A stretch of DNA of 64,000 bases from Octopus vulgaris (lineage: Eukaryota): assembly GCA_951406725.2 (NCBI GenBank), contig OX597822.1, forward strand, positions 77,686,001 through 77,750,000. Direction: 5' to 3'. A program made the translations under genes and the position numbers. A model generated the notes under the pieces. That model did not search any database, had not been told where the DNA came from, and saw only the letters and a program-made list of their open reading frames with translations. Positions 37,591-53,040 of the stretch are shown here, in pieces (the stretch's first letter is position 1; the number at the start of each line of letters is the position of its first letter).

Positions 37591-38918
37591 CTTGTGAGTG
37601 AATTTGATAGACAGAAACTGTATCAAAGCCCATTGTGTGTGTGTGTGTGTGCGTGTGTTTGTTTATCACCTGCCTCACCCTTTGGCAGCCAGTTTTAGGT
37701 TTATTTACATTCCTATAAATTAGTGGTTTGGCAAGAGAGACTGATAGAATAAGTACCAGACTTCAAAAATAAGTAACATGGTGGTGGCCCAGCATGGTCG
37801 TAGTCCAGTGGCTGAAAACAAGTAAAAGACAGAAGATGGTTAGCATCAAAAATGGAACATTTACCAGTTATCATCAAAGCATTAGGTTCAAAGCATAGGT
37901 AATGGTGTGGCTGTGTGTTAAGAAGTTTACTTCCTAACCACATGGTTCTGGGTTCAGTTCTATTGCATGGCACCTTGGGAAAGTGGTTTCTACTATAGCC
38001 TCAGGCCGGCCAAAGCCTTGTGAGTGGATTTGGTAGAAGGAAACTGAAAAAAGCCTATTGTATATATGTATATATATATATATTTATTTATGTGTGTGTG
38101 TCTTTGAGTCTGTATTTGCCCCACCACCACCACCAGTAAATTAAGTCCACTTTTCTTCTTCAGTTTTCTATTTCTTCAACTAGAAATATGAAAGGATACT
38201 GAAATCAGCATAATTTGGCTGATGTTGGATTAAACTTCTAATCTGGAGAATTGCTTTTACTGATATCTTTGTAGAAAGTAGTATTGGAAATATTTGAGCA
38301 ACCTTTATATTTCTAGATGTAAAAACTGAATATAAATATTTATGAGTTGTGTCATTATCTTGAAGTGTATGAAAGAGAGTGAGAAGAGACAAAGTGAGAA
38401 GGTAAATGATGTTAGAAAGTGCTCTCTCACTGTGTTACTAAAAGCTATCTCATAGTAAATTAAAATCAGTTTTTTTTTATTAGATTATCTAGTTGAAATC
38501 TTCAAAACCACATTTTGATAAAAAAAAAAATATATTAAAATTAGAATTTTTAACAATTTTCTTGACAGTGTAGTCTTTTTTTTAGTAAAAGTTACATACT
38601 TACAATCAGCAGCTTTATTTGTAGCATAGATTATTATAATTTGCTTTATTGACACAATGTCAGAATCATTAGCATGCTGGGCAAAATGCTTTTAGCAGCA
38701 TTTCGCCCATCTTCATGTTCTGAGTTCAAATGCTGCCGAGGTCATATTTGACTTTCATTCCTTCAGAGTCAATAAAACAAATACAAGTTGAATACTGTGT
38801 TGATGTAACTGACTCCCCACCCCCTCCTTTAAAATTGCTGGCCCTGTGCCAAAATTTGAAACCAATATTTAATGAGACGCAATACTTATTTTTCTCTTTG
38901 GATTGCTATATTTCCCAG

Positions 38919-39153
38919 ATGCACCAAAAGACAGCTTCCATCCGTAAAAGCCACCTTCGCAGCAGCAACCTTCACCATTATGCCGCCATACTGTACACTG
39001 CAACCCAATGTACCTCAAATCTTGTGGGAATTTTACAACCTTTCAGCAGTTGTGGATTAAGAAGTCTGATGGTGGATGTTGTTTGTGGACACGGTCTAAT
39101 ATGGTTGAAAGTCATAGCAAGGAAAGCACAAGCGCTTCATTTGATTTGGGCCG
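38919..39153 (+). CDS. C7orf25: Coding exon of a UPF0415 / C7orf25-like (DUF1308 family) gene
   Basis: Acceptor tttcccag| and donor g|gtgagt bound 235 bp of open frame: MHQKTASIRKSHLRSSNLHHYAAIL...LMVDVVCGHGLIWLKVIARKAQALHLIWAG. From memory this aligns with vertebrate C7orf25 IKESHLQSTNL...[30 protein letters not shown]. Flanking exons were not found. Confidence 0.85.
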
Positions 39154-39819
39154 GTGAGTCAGCCATTGCTATTTTGTATTCTTGTTTTCTTCTTCTTTTT
39201 TTTTTTTTTACTTATTTCAGTCATTTGACTGTGGCCATGCTGGAGCACCGCCTTTTTTAGTCGAGCAAATCGACCCCAGGACTTATTCTTTGTAAGTCTA
39301 GTACTTATTCTATCGTCTCTTTTGCCGAACCGCTAAGTTACAGGGACGTAAACACACCAGCATCGGCTGTCATGTGATGTTGGGGGGACAAACACAGACA
39401 GATACACACACATATATATACATATATACGATGAGCTTCTTTCAGTTTCCGTCTACCAAATCCACTCACAAGGCTTTGGTTGGCCCGAGGCTATAGTAGA
39501 AGACACTTGCCCAAGGTACCACACAGTGGAACTGAACCCAGAACCATGTGGTTTGTAAGCAAGCTACTTACCACACAGCCACTCCTACGCCTATTTGTTT
39601 ATTTTTTTATTTATTTTTGGTTTTATTGTTTACTTTTCCTTTCTCTCCAAGTTTTTGATTTCTTCTTTTTTTTTTACCTTCGTATTTTGATTACAAATCC
39701 TGCTGAGATTAACTTTAATTATGTCTTTCTGAGAACACCTGAAATAGATTAAGTTGTGAGTGTTCCACATCCAAACTGTGTACCATTGTGGAAAAATTAG
39801 TAGTAGTAATAATAATAAC

Positions 39820-39858
<39 letters not shown>

Positions 39859-39861
39859 TGT

Positions 39862-40112
39862 GATTTCATTAATTTGCCACAAGGGTGAAGGATGAGGGGG
39901 ACAATACAAAAACAGACATAAAGTGTGGAGGTTTACATACAATGTAAAAAAGAGAAAAAAAAGAAAGTAAGCATAAACAGTATACACTAAAAAGAAGGGC
40001 CATATGCATAGCATATAAAGGTTTAAAAAAGAAAAAGGGCAGGAAGGATGATAGAGATGTGGCCCTCCTGATACAGGAAGGCCTCTAGGGATAATCAAGC
40101 AACGCCACTGTC
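39862..40112 (-). mobile_element. LINE 3'-UTR fragment embedded in (AAT)n
   Basis: Non-repetitive block between (AAT)n tracts. Its minus-strand end ttgtccccctc...cccttgtggcaaattaatgaaat is shared with SINE variants at 42413-42952 and with ~62500. Confidence 0.5.
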
Positions 40113-40166
40113 CAATAATAATAATAATAATAATGATAATAATAATATTAATAATAATAATAATAA

Positions 40167-40386
40167 TCCTTCCTACTGAAGGCACAAGGCCTGAAATTTT
40201 GAGGGGAGGGGACTAGTCAATTACATTGAGCCCCCCACCCCCAGTGTTTCACTGGTTCTTAATTTATCAATCTTGAAAGGATGAAAGGCAAAGTCGACCT
40301 TGGAATTTGAACTCAAAATGTGGGGACGGGTGAAATACCGCTAAGAATTTCATCCAGCGTGTTAACAATTCTGCCAGCTCACCACC

Positions 40387-40423
<37 letters not shown>

Positions 40424-40692
40424 TAATAATTATAATAATGATAATAATAATAATAATAACAGTAATAATAGTAATAATAATCCTTTTTGCTGGAAGCACA
40501 AGGCCTAAATTTGGGGGAAGGGATTAAGTCGATTACATCAATCCAGTGCATAACTGGTACTAATTTCATCGACTCCTAAAAAAATGAAAGGAAAAGTCGA
40601 CCTCAGTGGAATTTGAACTCAGAATGTAACGGCAGACGAAATACAGCTAAGCATATTGCCTGGTGTGCTAACAATTCTGCCAGCTCACTGCC
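40167..40692 (-). mobile_element. Two SINE-B copies separated by (AAT)n
   Basis: Reverse complement of the family B consensus at 40167-40388 and 40480-40692. Confidence 0.88.
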
Positions 40693-40718
40693 TTCTTCTT
40701 CTTCTTCTTCTTCTTATT

Positions 40719-40779
<61 letters not shown>

Positions 40780-40782
40780 TAA

Positions 40783-41342
40783 AAAATGCCCTGATGCAGT
40801 ACCAGGCAGTAGCTCTCATGGCTTCTGATCTTAACTGATTGGAAGTGTTATCATGTACATTGTTTTGTCTTGGTATAAAAAGATGGGCTACACCAAATAT
40901 TCTGCTCATTACCACAGATTTGCTTGTCAGTTGTTTGACCATAACCAGTTGAGCATGTCCCTTAGTGGCTGACGATATGTGCATCTCTGATCACGAGCAG
41001 AAGTAGTGGGGGAGCATCATAGCTATGTGTTGAGAGGGATTCTTTGGGGTTTGAATAATTCACCTATGGAAACATGGGTGGTTCTTTCAACATCCTTAAA
41101 CAACCCTTATTCAGGGACCTTTTGAGCGGGATGGGCTACTCAACCTGAAGAAAATTCTAACTGGGCCCCACCTGCAAGGTCATGTGCTGTTTATCTTGAT
41201 ATGAGATCACCATATCGCGCACATATGGTTGTGATGCATGTGCCTGGTGTACCCTTATCAGACGGGTAGTCATGATGGGTATATTGGGCTTCGTATATTT
41301 TACCCCAGTGTCACTTTGATGGCATGCACTGCTCTCTCACTC
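40783..41342 (+). mobile_element. 3' region of an R4/Dong-like LINE inserted in (AAT)n
   Basis: Homologous to 55940-56195 (there attached to an RLE ORF remnant) and to 60400-60812. All end ctgctctctca followed by (AAT)n. Confidence 0.75.
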
Positions 41343-41385
<43 letters not shown>

Positions 41386-42113
41386 TGTTGACAGGCGAGG
41401 TTGTGTGTTAAGAAGCTTGCTTCCCAACCACATGGTTTTGGGTTCAGTCCTACTGCATGGCATCTTGGGCAAGTGTCTTGGCTTGACCAAAGCCTTGTGA
41501 GTAGCTTTGGTAGACAGAAACTGAAAGAAACCTGTCATATATGTCTGTGGTCGTTGCCAGTGCTGCTGGACTGGCTCCTGTGCAGGTGGCTCATAAAAAG
41601 CACCATTTGAGCGTGGCCGTTGCCAGTAGCGCCTGACTGGCTGGCTCCTGTGCCGGTGGTACGTAAAAGCACCCACTACACTCTTGGAGTGGTTGGCTTT
41701 AGGAAGGGCATCTAGCTGTAGAAACTCTGCCAAATCAAGATTGGAGCCTGGTGCAGCCATCTGGTTCGCCAGTCCTCAGTCAAATCATCCAACCCATGCT
41801 AGCATGGAAAGTGGACGTTAAACGATGATGATGATGATGATGATGATGTGTCTTTCAATCTGTTTGCCCTCCCATCAACACTTGACAAACAGTGTTGATG
41901 TGTTTATGCCTCCATAACTTAACAATTCGGTAAAAGAGGCCATCAGAGGCCCTCGGAATAAATACTAGGCTTAAAAAAATAAGTGCTGGGATCGATTCGA
42001 CTAGACCTATTCAAGGTGGTGCTCCAGCAATTGACTGAAACAAGTAAAAGAATAAAGAATTTTTATATATTGTGAGAGAGATGACTTTCTCAACCCAAAG
42101 GGTTTTTTAAGCC

Positions 42114-43129
42114 AATATATTTACACACTAAGACAGCAAGCTGGCAGAAACATTAGCATCCCTGGTGAAATGCTTAGAAGTATTTCATCAATCTTTACGT
42201 TCTGTGTTCAAATCCTGCCGAAGTCAACTTTGTCTTTAATCTTTTCGGGGTCAATAAATTAAGTACCAGTTGCATACTGGGGTCGATCTAATCAATTGGT
42301 CCCTCCTCTCCCCAAAAATTTCAGGCCTTGTGCCTAGAGTAGAAAAAATATATTTACACACTCACATAGCAAGCTGGCAGAAACATTAGCATCCCAGGCG
42401 AAATGCTTAGCAGTATTTCGTCTGTCGTTATGTTGTGAGTTCAAATTCTGCCGAGGTCAACTTTGCCTTTCATCCTTTCGGGGTCGTTAAATTAAGTAAC
42501 AGTTACGCACTGGGGCCGATGTAATCGACTTAATACCTATGTCTGTCTTTGTTTGTCCCCTCTATGTTTAGCCCCTTGTGGGTAGTAAAGAAATAGGTAT
42601 TTCGTCTGCCGTTACGTTCTGAGTTCAAATTCCGCCGAGGTCGACTTTGCCTTTCATCCTTTCAGGGTCGATTAAATAAATACCAGTTACGCACTGGGGT
42701 CGATGTAATTGACTTAATACCTATGTCTGTCTTTGTTTGTCCCCTCTATGTGGGTAATAAAGAAATAGGTTTTTCGTCTGCCGTTACGTTCTGAGTTCAG
42801 ATTCCGCCGAGGTCGACTTTGCCTTTCATCCTTTCAGGGTCAATTAAATAAATACCAGTTACGCACTGGGATCGATGTAATCGGCTTAATCCGTTTGTCT
42901 GTTCTTGTTTGTCTCCTCTGTGTTTAGCCCCTTGTGGGTAGTAAAGAAATAGGCATTTTGTCTGTCTTTACGTTCTGTGTTCAAATTCTGCCGAAGTCAA
43001 CATTGTCTTTCATCTTTTTGAAGTCAATAAATTAAGTACCAGTTGCGTACTGGGGTTGATCTAATCACTTGGCCCCTCCCTCCAAATTCCAGGCCTTGTG
43101 CTTAGAGTAGAAGAAAATATATTTACACA
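42114..43129 (+). mobile_element. Compound SINE-B array with three internal 172-184 bp tandem units
   Basis: aatatatttacaca at 42114, 42347 and 43116. Internal units at 42413-42596, 42597-42768 and 42769-42952. Confidence 0.9.
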
Positions 43130-43186
43130 GTTATTTATAGCTTTGCTCTCTACTGTCAGAAAATGATATACACAGAGACACACACA

Positions 43187-43228
<42 letters not shown>

Positions 43229-43609
43229 CGCGCGCACACACTTAAATATAGAAATGAAACTGTCAAGAAATAGATTGGATCAATAGCTTCAAGATGAACA
43301 TAATAGAAAGTTAGTGGTCAGGTGACTAAACTTTAGGATCAGGTGGCCATCTTCTAGTCCAGCTCTGCTCTGTCTCTCACTCCCTCTCTCTCTCTCTCCC
43401 CCCTCTATTTCATTCTCTCTCCCTTCTCCCTCTGTCTTATATATTTACACACAGGTAAACTGACCCCTGTTGTTGACATTAGCCATTACGGTCATGTGAT
43501 CTCTTGTATCCCAACTTCAGCAGCTGCTTGACATTATCACCAACATTGAAATGTCACTGAAGGGTGTGGTAGATGCTTGAAGAGAACAAAGTTGTAAGAC
43601 AGGAGATGG

Positions 43610-43647
<38 letters not shown>

Positions 43648-43826
43648 GTAGTTGTACTGAGGGATGGTGAGTGGCTGCCTCTTTGATGTGGAAATGTTTG
43701 TTTTGTTGTTTGTTTAAACACTGACCAACCAAGTGTGGTCATTTCTTCCTGTTGGACAACTCCACCTATTTTTATGTGCCAACTAAGGAGCCTCTTTGTG
43801 GTTACTTGGATTACTAGATATGGCAG

Positions 43827-43877
<51 letters not shown>

Positions 43878-45289
43878 TCCCTCTAATCACTCCTTCCCAT
43901 TTGAAATAGAGAATTATATGGATACTCTGGTTTCTGATATCTTTTATTTTTTTAACTTGTTTCAATCATTGGATGCTCACCATGCTGGGGCACTGCCACC
44001 ACCACAACCACCACCATCAAGATTTGTTAATAATACTCTCACCTCAAAGGTGGCAGAATTGCTAACATGCCAGGTAAAATGCCTTTTTGCAGTTTGTCCT
44101 TCTTTACGTCCTCAGTTCATATTCCAGTGAGGTTAACTCGCCCTGTCCTCCCTTCAGGGTTGATGAAATAAGTGCCAGTTATGTACTGGGATTAATATAA
44201 TCGATTTAAACACTTCCCCCAAAATTGCTGGCCTTGTGCCCAAATTTAAAACCAATATTACTCTCACCTGTAATGCTTCTATTATCCATATCAACATCAT
44301 TCTAGAGCCAAGAAGGGAGTCTATGTAGGTACTCAAACTGCTAGAAATTGCAACCAAAACTTCTTCAATGCACACCCTCTTCTTAAATAATGAATTATAC
44401 ATTAGACAATATAGTGCCTGATGCACAAGAAGCCAGGTTGATAATAACTGCAATACTCTTGACCATAAATCTGCTAGACCAGGACTGGCGTGAACCTAAA
44501 GAAGAAAATCAAAGAAGTGCATTCATATGTAACAATAACCATAGTCAGCTCTTTCTAGGAAGTGGGTCACTAACAAGTGAAAAACCCAGAAAAATACTGT
44601 AATCTGTAGAGGGTTCTATGAGAAAAACTTAAAATTCTGCATCCAAGGTAGGTGACCCAGCTGTTATACATGTGGTAGTAAAAGCCATCTAAGGGCTTTC
44701 TACCATGCTTTTGCTCATTGTTTTTAGTGTTTATGTTGCTATGAGCAAACATAAACACATTCTTAGTTTTTCCACCTTTGATCCTGTGGGACATTGAGAG
44801 CTACATCAGCACTCAGCTGCTTCTCATTTTCAGCTGAGTCAATTAGAGCAACATTATATGAAGTGTGTAGCTCAAGGAAACAGTGTGCTACACAGTACAG
44901 GAATTAAACCCACAGCCTTATGATCATGTTCCCAATAGCCTAATTCGCCAAGTGACTACCAAAAAGTGTCTGCTATATAACTGTTTATAGTTTGTCTGGA
45001 GCTAAAAGGCTGAATTTCTTAAGACATCTAGAAGCTTTCTGAGAAACACGTGTGGTGTTTAGCAAACCATGGCTGATGATGGACCAGTATGAGCTGAGAA
45101 TGACTCATCTGCTAAGTTTTCTATTGATGGCAAGAGTGTACAAGTTTAGTCAGTATTCATGCGACATATCATTTGACCAAGTTGCAGATCTAGGTCGGGT
45201 ACAGGCCAAAGATCTGGAGCCATACACATAGGAACAACCCAGATGTTTACTGGTGGTAGAAGGACCGTATTGTTGAGTACTTTGATTAA

Positions 45290-45511
45290 CCTTTTCGTTA
45301 CCGTATTTATTTTGAGATGCTCTGTGTTTCAATCAATTAATTTTAAATATAACAAAGAATTTAGTAAAAGAACTTAGTTATCATTAAGCTAGTGTTGGGA
45401 ACATAAATTGTGACTAAGGTTTGGTGGAAGATATTAATTGAAAACTTATGAAAACAAGACATTTGTACTACAGAGCCAGAGGCGGTTTTGGCCGGGTTGG
45501 TATCAAAAGGG
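45290..45511. mobile_element. piggyBac-like MITE
   Basis: TTAA on both sides (45286-45289, 45512-45515) with imperfect TIR ccttttcgttacc / ggtatcaaaaggg. A related split copy may lie at ~31230-31600. Confidence 0.75.
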
Positions 45512-45533
45512 TTAAACTTAGCTCATGGGTTTT

Positions 45534-45565
<32 letters not shown>

Positions 45566-45741
45566 GTGGGGGCTAAATATTTTTGTTTCTTGAGTTTAAC
45601 TTTTTAATCCATTCATTGTTTTTTCCTCTTCCACTCTTTCTCCCCATTTCTTTTTTATATAACTTTGTCTAGGTCCACTGCTATTGTAATCCTCATGTTT
45701 TAAATTGTACTGTATATGAGAGCCCTTTGTTGCAAATACAG

Positions 45742-45867
45742 ACACTACTACTACTTCTACTACTGCCGCCTAGACCACCACCATCACTGCCACCACTACT
45801 ATTAATATTACTACCACTACTACTATTAATATTACTACCACTACTTCAACCACTACTACCACTGTTT

Positions 45868-45912
<45 letters not shown>

Positions 45913-46032
45913 TCACTGCCATTACTACCACTGCTACTACTACCAATTCTACTACTGCTGTTACTACTACTACCACTGCTATTACTGCTACTGTCATTAC
46001 TACTACTGCCAATACTACCACTTCTATTACTG

Positions 46033-46107
<75 letters not shown>
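45742..46107. repeat. (CTA)n/(CTG)n microsatellite block
   Basis: Direct inspection. Confidence 0.95.
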
Positions 46108-46436
46108 AGAGTGGTAACCATTAGAGTTCTGTCCCTTCTGGTACAGGGTTCAAAATTTCCAGTATCTACTCATCCTTTCTTCTTCATTCTGCTCTCTTTC
46201 CAGAACCAATAAATTAAATACCACCAAACAGCCCACCCCCGCCTCTCCTGCTCAATACTAATGTCGTTCTTTATTGGTGCAAGTAGTTTGCGCATATGGT
46301 CTGCGATAATATTTGAAATGTACGGTTTTACTTTCTTCTACGTTTATGACGATTTGTTCTGCAGACATTGCTAACATGCACAGGAGTGGTATAATCTATA
46401 ATGGCTTATTCCTCTTTCTCATGTTTGTGCTTACCT

Positions 46437-46475
<39 letters not shown>

Positions 46476-46713
46476 CTATGTGTGCTGTGAACATTGTAGA
46501 AGTGCCATATATAATTTCTAGTTGGTGATCTGGACTGGAGCAGCATAATCCATAATGGTTTTCCTATGTTTCTGTTTTCCATATATATATATATCCAAAG
46601 GATGTGTTATAATATTATTCCACAGCCGTATCAACAATCCAATAATACTATTTCACGTATACAAAAACAACCATACCAACATTCCAACATACTTCCATCA
46701 TCAGCTGCCTCAT

Positions 46714-46753
<40 letters not shown>

Positions 46754-46759
46754 TCATCA

Positions 46760-48105
<1,346 letters not shown>

Positions 48106-49445
48106 ATTTATTTATGTGTAGATGCATGGGTCAGTGGTTAGAGTGTCGAACTTACAATCATGAGTTTGTGAGTTCTAATCCCAGACTGGGCTGTGTGTTG
48201 TGTTCTTGAGCAAGACACTTTATTTCATATTACTCCAGTTCACTCAGTTGTAGAAATTGGTTCTAACATCACTGGTGCCAAGCTGTCTTGGCCCCTTTGC
48301 CTTTCCTTTGGATAGCATCAGTGTTGTAGAGTGGGGAGACTGATATGCATGGATGACTGCTGGTCTACCATAAACAACCCTTCCTGGACTTTGCCTTGGA
48401 GGGGAACTTTCCAGGTGCAATCCCATGGTCATTCAAGACTGAAGAGGGTCTTTAATATTTGTATTTATATATATATATATATATATATATAATACTTTTT
48501 TTCGTCTTGGTGACCCTGTCAGTGCAGGTGCCATTTAAAAGCACTCAGCCCACTCTGTAAAGTGGTTGGTGTTTGAAAGGGCATCCAGCTGTAAAAGCCT
48601 TGCCAAAACTGACTTCGCCTGTGCTTGTGCCACATAAAAAGCACTAACTCCACTCAGCTGAGTGGTTGGTGTTAGGAAGGGCATCCAGCTGTACAAACCC
48701 CTGCCAAAACAGTCACAGAAGTCTGGTGTAGACTTCTGCCTGGTCAGCTCTTGTGATACCATCCCACCCCACCCATCCTAGCATGGAAGACAGGATGTTA
48801 AACAATGATGAACATGAAACCCTCAGACTTTGATTTACTCTGTTATGTCTGCTAAATATTAATGAAAATATACTCATTTACGGATCATATTTTACCTTTT
48901 TGCATCAACATACCTATAGATATACCCTGTTTGTTTTGTGAATATTGTGGAAGTGCCATATATAATTCCTAGAATTATTTTGTCTTTTAATGCATGTATT
49001 TATATTATTGAGTTAGATGGTTAGTTATTACATTTTATATTCTTTGTTGTCACTGGAAAGAAAGAAAATGGTAGTTTTGGCAGGTGATTCTGTAAGTTCG
49101 TTGTTTCAGAGAAAGGCTTTTAAATGGTTGATGTTGCATTTAGAAGGTTGTACATCTTGTATGGTGAATAGAAGGAAGATGCCTAATAATATCTGCATCT
49201 TTTAAAGTTTGTGAATGTATATTTGTACATTGTACAGGTTAAAAAATAGTTATAGAAATTGGAAAGATCTCCATGGAGTACCACAAAGATTCTCTCTCTT
49301 CTCCTCTAGGAATTTCAAAGTCTACCTGGCTTCAGGTCCAGTCTCATTGCATCGCACATTGGAAAAGTGACTTCTACTACTATATCTCCAGGTCAATACC
49401 AGAGCCTAGTGAGTAAATTTGGTAGACTGGAACTGAAAGAAGCCT

Positions 49446-49486
<41 letters not shown>

Positions 49487-49894
49487 TTTTATTCTTTTAC
49501 ATGTTTCAGTCATTTGACTGCAGCCATGCTGGAGCACCACTTTTATTCAAACAAATTGACCTAAGGACTTATTCCTTGTAAGCCTAGTACCTATTTTATC
49601 ATCTATTTTGTTGAACAACTAGATTACAGGACATAAACACACCAACATCGGTTGTCAAGCAGTGGGTCGGACAAACACAGACTCACAGATATATACATAC
49701 ATACATATATATATGTATTTTCATAATGAGCTTCTTTCAGTTCCTGTCTACCAAATCCACTCCCAAGGCTATGGTCGGCCCGAGGCTGTAGTAGAAGACA
49801 CTTGCCCAAGGTGCCATGCAGTGGGACTGAACCCGGAACCATGTTGTTGAGAAGCAAGCTTCTTACCACACAGCCATGCCTGTGCCTATATATA

Positions 49895-50320
49895 CAGGTT
49901 GGACCAAAAGTTGGTTTACAGTTATTCAACTATCTCTTTTGCATTCATATATTAACAGTTTAGATTTTAATTATAAAAAAAATATGAAACCATTATTCTA
50001 TGCTAATTTAGTTAATTGTAAGATAGAAATTTAAATGTAATAAACTGAATTGCACTATAATTCTATTAACAGTAGCAAAAGGAATTTGAAGATTTTCGGC
50101 AATTTTTTGCTAGCTAAGACCAACCTCATACTGCCTCACAATATGACCTCTTTGAAAATCTGACAGTTCTGCTAAATTTTTTGTGCATGGCATGGTTATT
50201 CTTTGCAAATGTTTAATATAATGGCAACTGGAATGAAAAAGAATAATTACATTGTAAATTCTACACCACTGAAAGCCTATTAAGATGTTTAGAGCAGACA
50301 TTATGAAAATTAATAGTGTC
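49895..50320 (-). mobile_element. Internally deleted Tc1-like element (N-terminal HTH remnant)
   Basis: [45 protein letters not shown], plus a TIR-like ta-caggttggaccaaaagt at 49893. Confidence 0.7.
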
Positions 50321-50337
50321 TATTTACTTCCTGCATG

Positions 50338-50422
<85 letters not shown>

Positions 50423-50926
50423 AAATGCATGTGTGTTGTTGTCTCCTTGCTTTGACTTCAGGTGATAGTTGTAAGCGAGTGTCACTGTCATGCAAGCAGT
50501 GTCCATCATTTCCAAACTTCTGTAAAATCCTGTTTGATCATGGGGAAACATTACTTTGCCTGGAAACAGGTGAGAGTTGATGTCAGGAAGAGCATCCAGC
50601 CATAGAAAGTCTGCCTCAGCAAATTCCATCTGACCCATGCGAGCATAGAAAATTGGACATTAAAACAATGACCTTGTTTATTACATCTTTCGTTTTATCT
50701 TTTACTTGCTTCCGTCATTAGGTTGTGGCCATGCTGGGGCACCTCGTTGAAAAATTTTTAGTCGAATGTATTGACCCCCAGTACTTATTTTTTAAAGCCT
50801 GGTACTTATTCTGTCAGTCTCTTTTGCTGAACCACTAAGTTACAGGAGTGCAAACACACCAACACCAATTGTCAAGCAGTGGTGGTGGAGGGGATAAACA
50901 CAGACACAAAATCATACACACACATA

Positions 50927-51806
50927 CCGGGTGCAGTGAATAAACTGTTGTCTAAATTGCGCAAAAATGAAAATAACACTGACATATTTATATCCCATTT
51001 CCACAGATATATTTACCAAAACTACATAAAAATATCTTGAAATACTAAAGAGTAAATTTATTCAATAAAATCACCATTGGCTTCAACCACGACCTCCAGA
51101 AGGATTCGGAATCTCCTGCATCTCTTCTGGACAGTCTCCTTGTTTAAACTGATGAATACTGCCATAATCCTTGCCTTCAGTTCATCTTTGGTGTTACAAG
51201 GAGTTTTGTTGGTCTCTTGCTCAACTGTGCCCCACACATAATAATCAAGGGGGTTGCAGTCTGGGGAGTTATGTGACCAGATGTTATGGGCGATGTAGTC
51301 GCAGAAGTTGTCTGACAGCCATGACTGGGTTCTTCTACTTGTGTGGCATGGTGCAGAGTACTCTTGCTGACTGAGGGTCTTCCAGTAGTCACCCTATTGA
51401 CCCAGAGCAGCACTTCCTACTCCAGACACTTGATGTAGGCCTCCGTGTTGAGTTTGAGGTCATGTGGGGAGATGAATGGAGGTTAACGTCACCATCACTA
51501 ATGATCACTCCAAACGCCATGATGTTGACTGGATGTTTGATTTTTATCATTCTCGGTACATGTCCTTAGACACCCAAACACTCTGAAATGTTCATACTGG
51601 TGCTCCCGACACGAATATCAAGCAGTATAGCATGTTGTTTCCAAATTTCTGGCAGAGTGAATTGTGTCATGGTGCTGTTTTTTCTCACAGACGGTACCAA
51701 ACTGACCCTACCATACTGTATAGTCAACAAAATCAGAAAGAAACAGTGCACTTGCACAAAATAAAAAATATATATAAAATGGCAACAATTTACCCATCAT
51801 GCCCTG
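50927..51806 (-). mobile_element. Internally deleted DD37D (maT-type) Tc1/mariner transposon
   Basis: KHPVNIMAFGVIISDG and QQE(Y<D)SAPCHTSRRTQSWL...WSHNSPDCNPLDYYVWG, with 37 residues between the second and third catalytic positions. C-terminus VVEANGDFIE*, degenerate TIRs and TA flanks. Confidence 0.88.
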
Positions 51807-52189
51807 TATATATACAACGGGTTTCTTTCAGTTTCTATCTACCAGTTGCCTTTTTTTCTTTTGTGGTCAATAGAATAGGTACCAGTTTACTACTGGGGGT
51901 TGATGTAATTGTAATTGACTAGCCTCCTACATCTTAATTCCAGGCTTTGTACTTTTGTAGAAATAATTACCATTTATAAAGATAATGATAAAAAATATTA
52001 TAATAATTATTTTTATAATTATAATAATAATTATTATTTTTATAGGAAGACTAATTTAAATTCTTTATTTGATGGTTGTTTTCTGTAATTTCTTCCTCTG
52101 TAATTATTGTCAAATTTACCTCGTTGAATATTGACATCCAGATTTCAATACATTATGTCATACTATCCCTTCAGTTGATGGTCGTTAAA

Positions 52190-53040
52190 AAATTATGAAA
52201 TTAATTGATATAATTATGAAAGCAACAACGGCAACCAGAAATACACTGTAACTCATAAACATTCGCCACCACCTTTCACCATTCCCACCATGACCATCAC
52301 CATCACTATTACAACCAACATCACCGTCGCCACCACCATCACCACCACCAACAACATCAACGAGGATGACACAGCTAATCATGAGCAGCAGCAGCAACTC
52401 CATGGCAAAGAAAGTAAAATATTTAGACTATAAACATCAGCATCATCATCAGCAGCAGCAGTAGTAGCAGCAGCAGCATCAAAAGTTGAGAACAATAACA
52501 ACAAAGATAAACAGCCAGGAGGAAAACATTCAAAATTATAAAACAGCAGCAGCAACAGCAGTAGCAGCAGTAGTAGCAGCAGCAGCATTATCATCACCCT
52601 CAGCAGTAATACCAACATTATGAGTGACAACTAGAAAAATATTGAAAAACATAAACATTATCATTGTTGCCATTGTCAACCTCAACATCAGCATCATCAT
52701 CATCATCACCACTGCCATCATTGTCATCATCATCATCTTCATCATTGTCACCATTACCACCGTCATCACTGTCATTCTCATCAATGTTGTCGTTGTAGTC
52801 ATCATCATCGTTATCTTTAGCATTATCATCCCAACATCATTGACATCATCATCATCTTCGCCATCACCATCGCCATCACCAGCTCCACCCTCACTGCCAC
52901 TGCCACCACCATCACTACCATTATCACCTTCACCACCAACATTATCATCATTATCATCATCATCACCACCATGAAGAGCAGCACCATCACCGTCATCATC
53001 ATCATCAGTATTGTCATCATCCTCAGCAATAGCAATGTCT
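52190..53040. repeat. CAT/CAC/CAG low-complexity block
   Basis: Direct inspection. Confidence 0.92.

Noticed and set aside
38316-38350. KTEYKYL peptide resembling the C7orf25 KAELKFL segment upstream of the exon
   Set aside because: It is flanked by in-frame stops and has no usable donor site.
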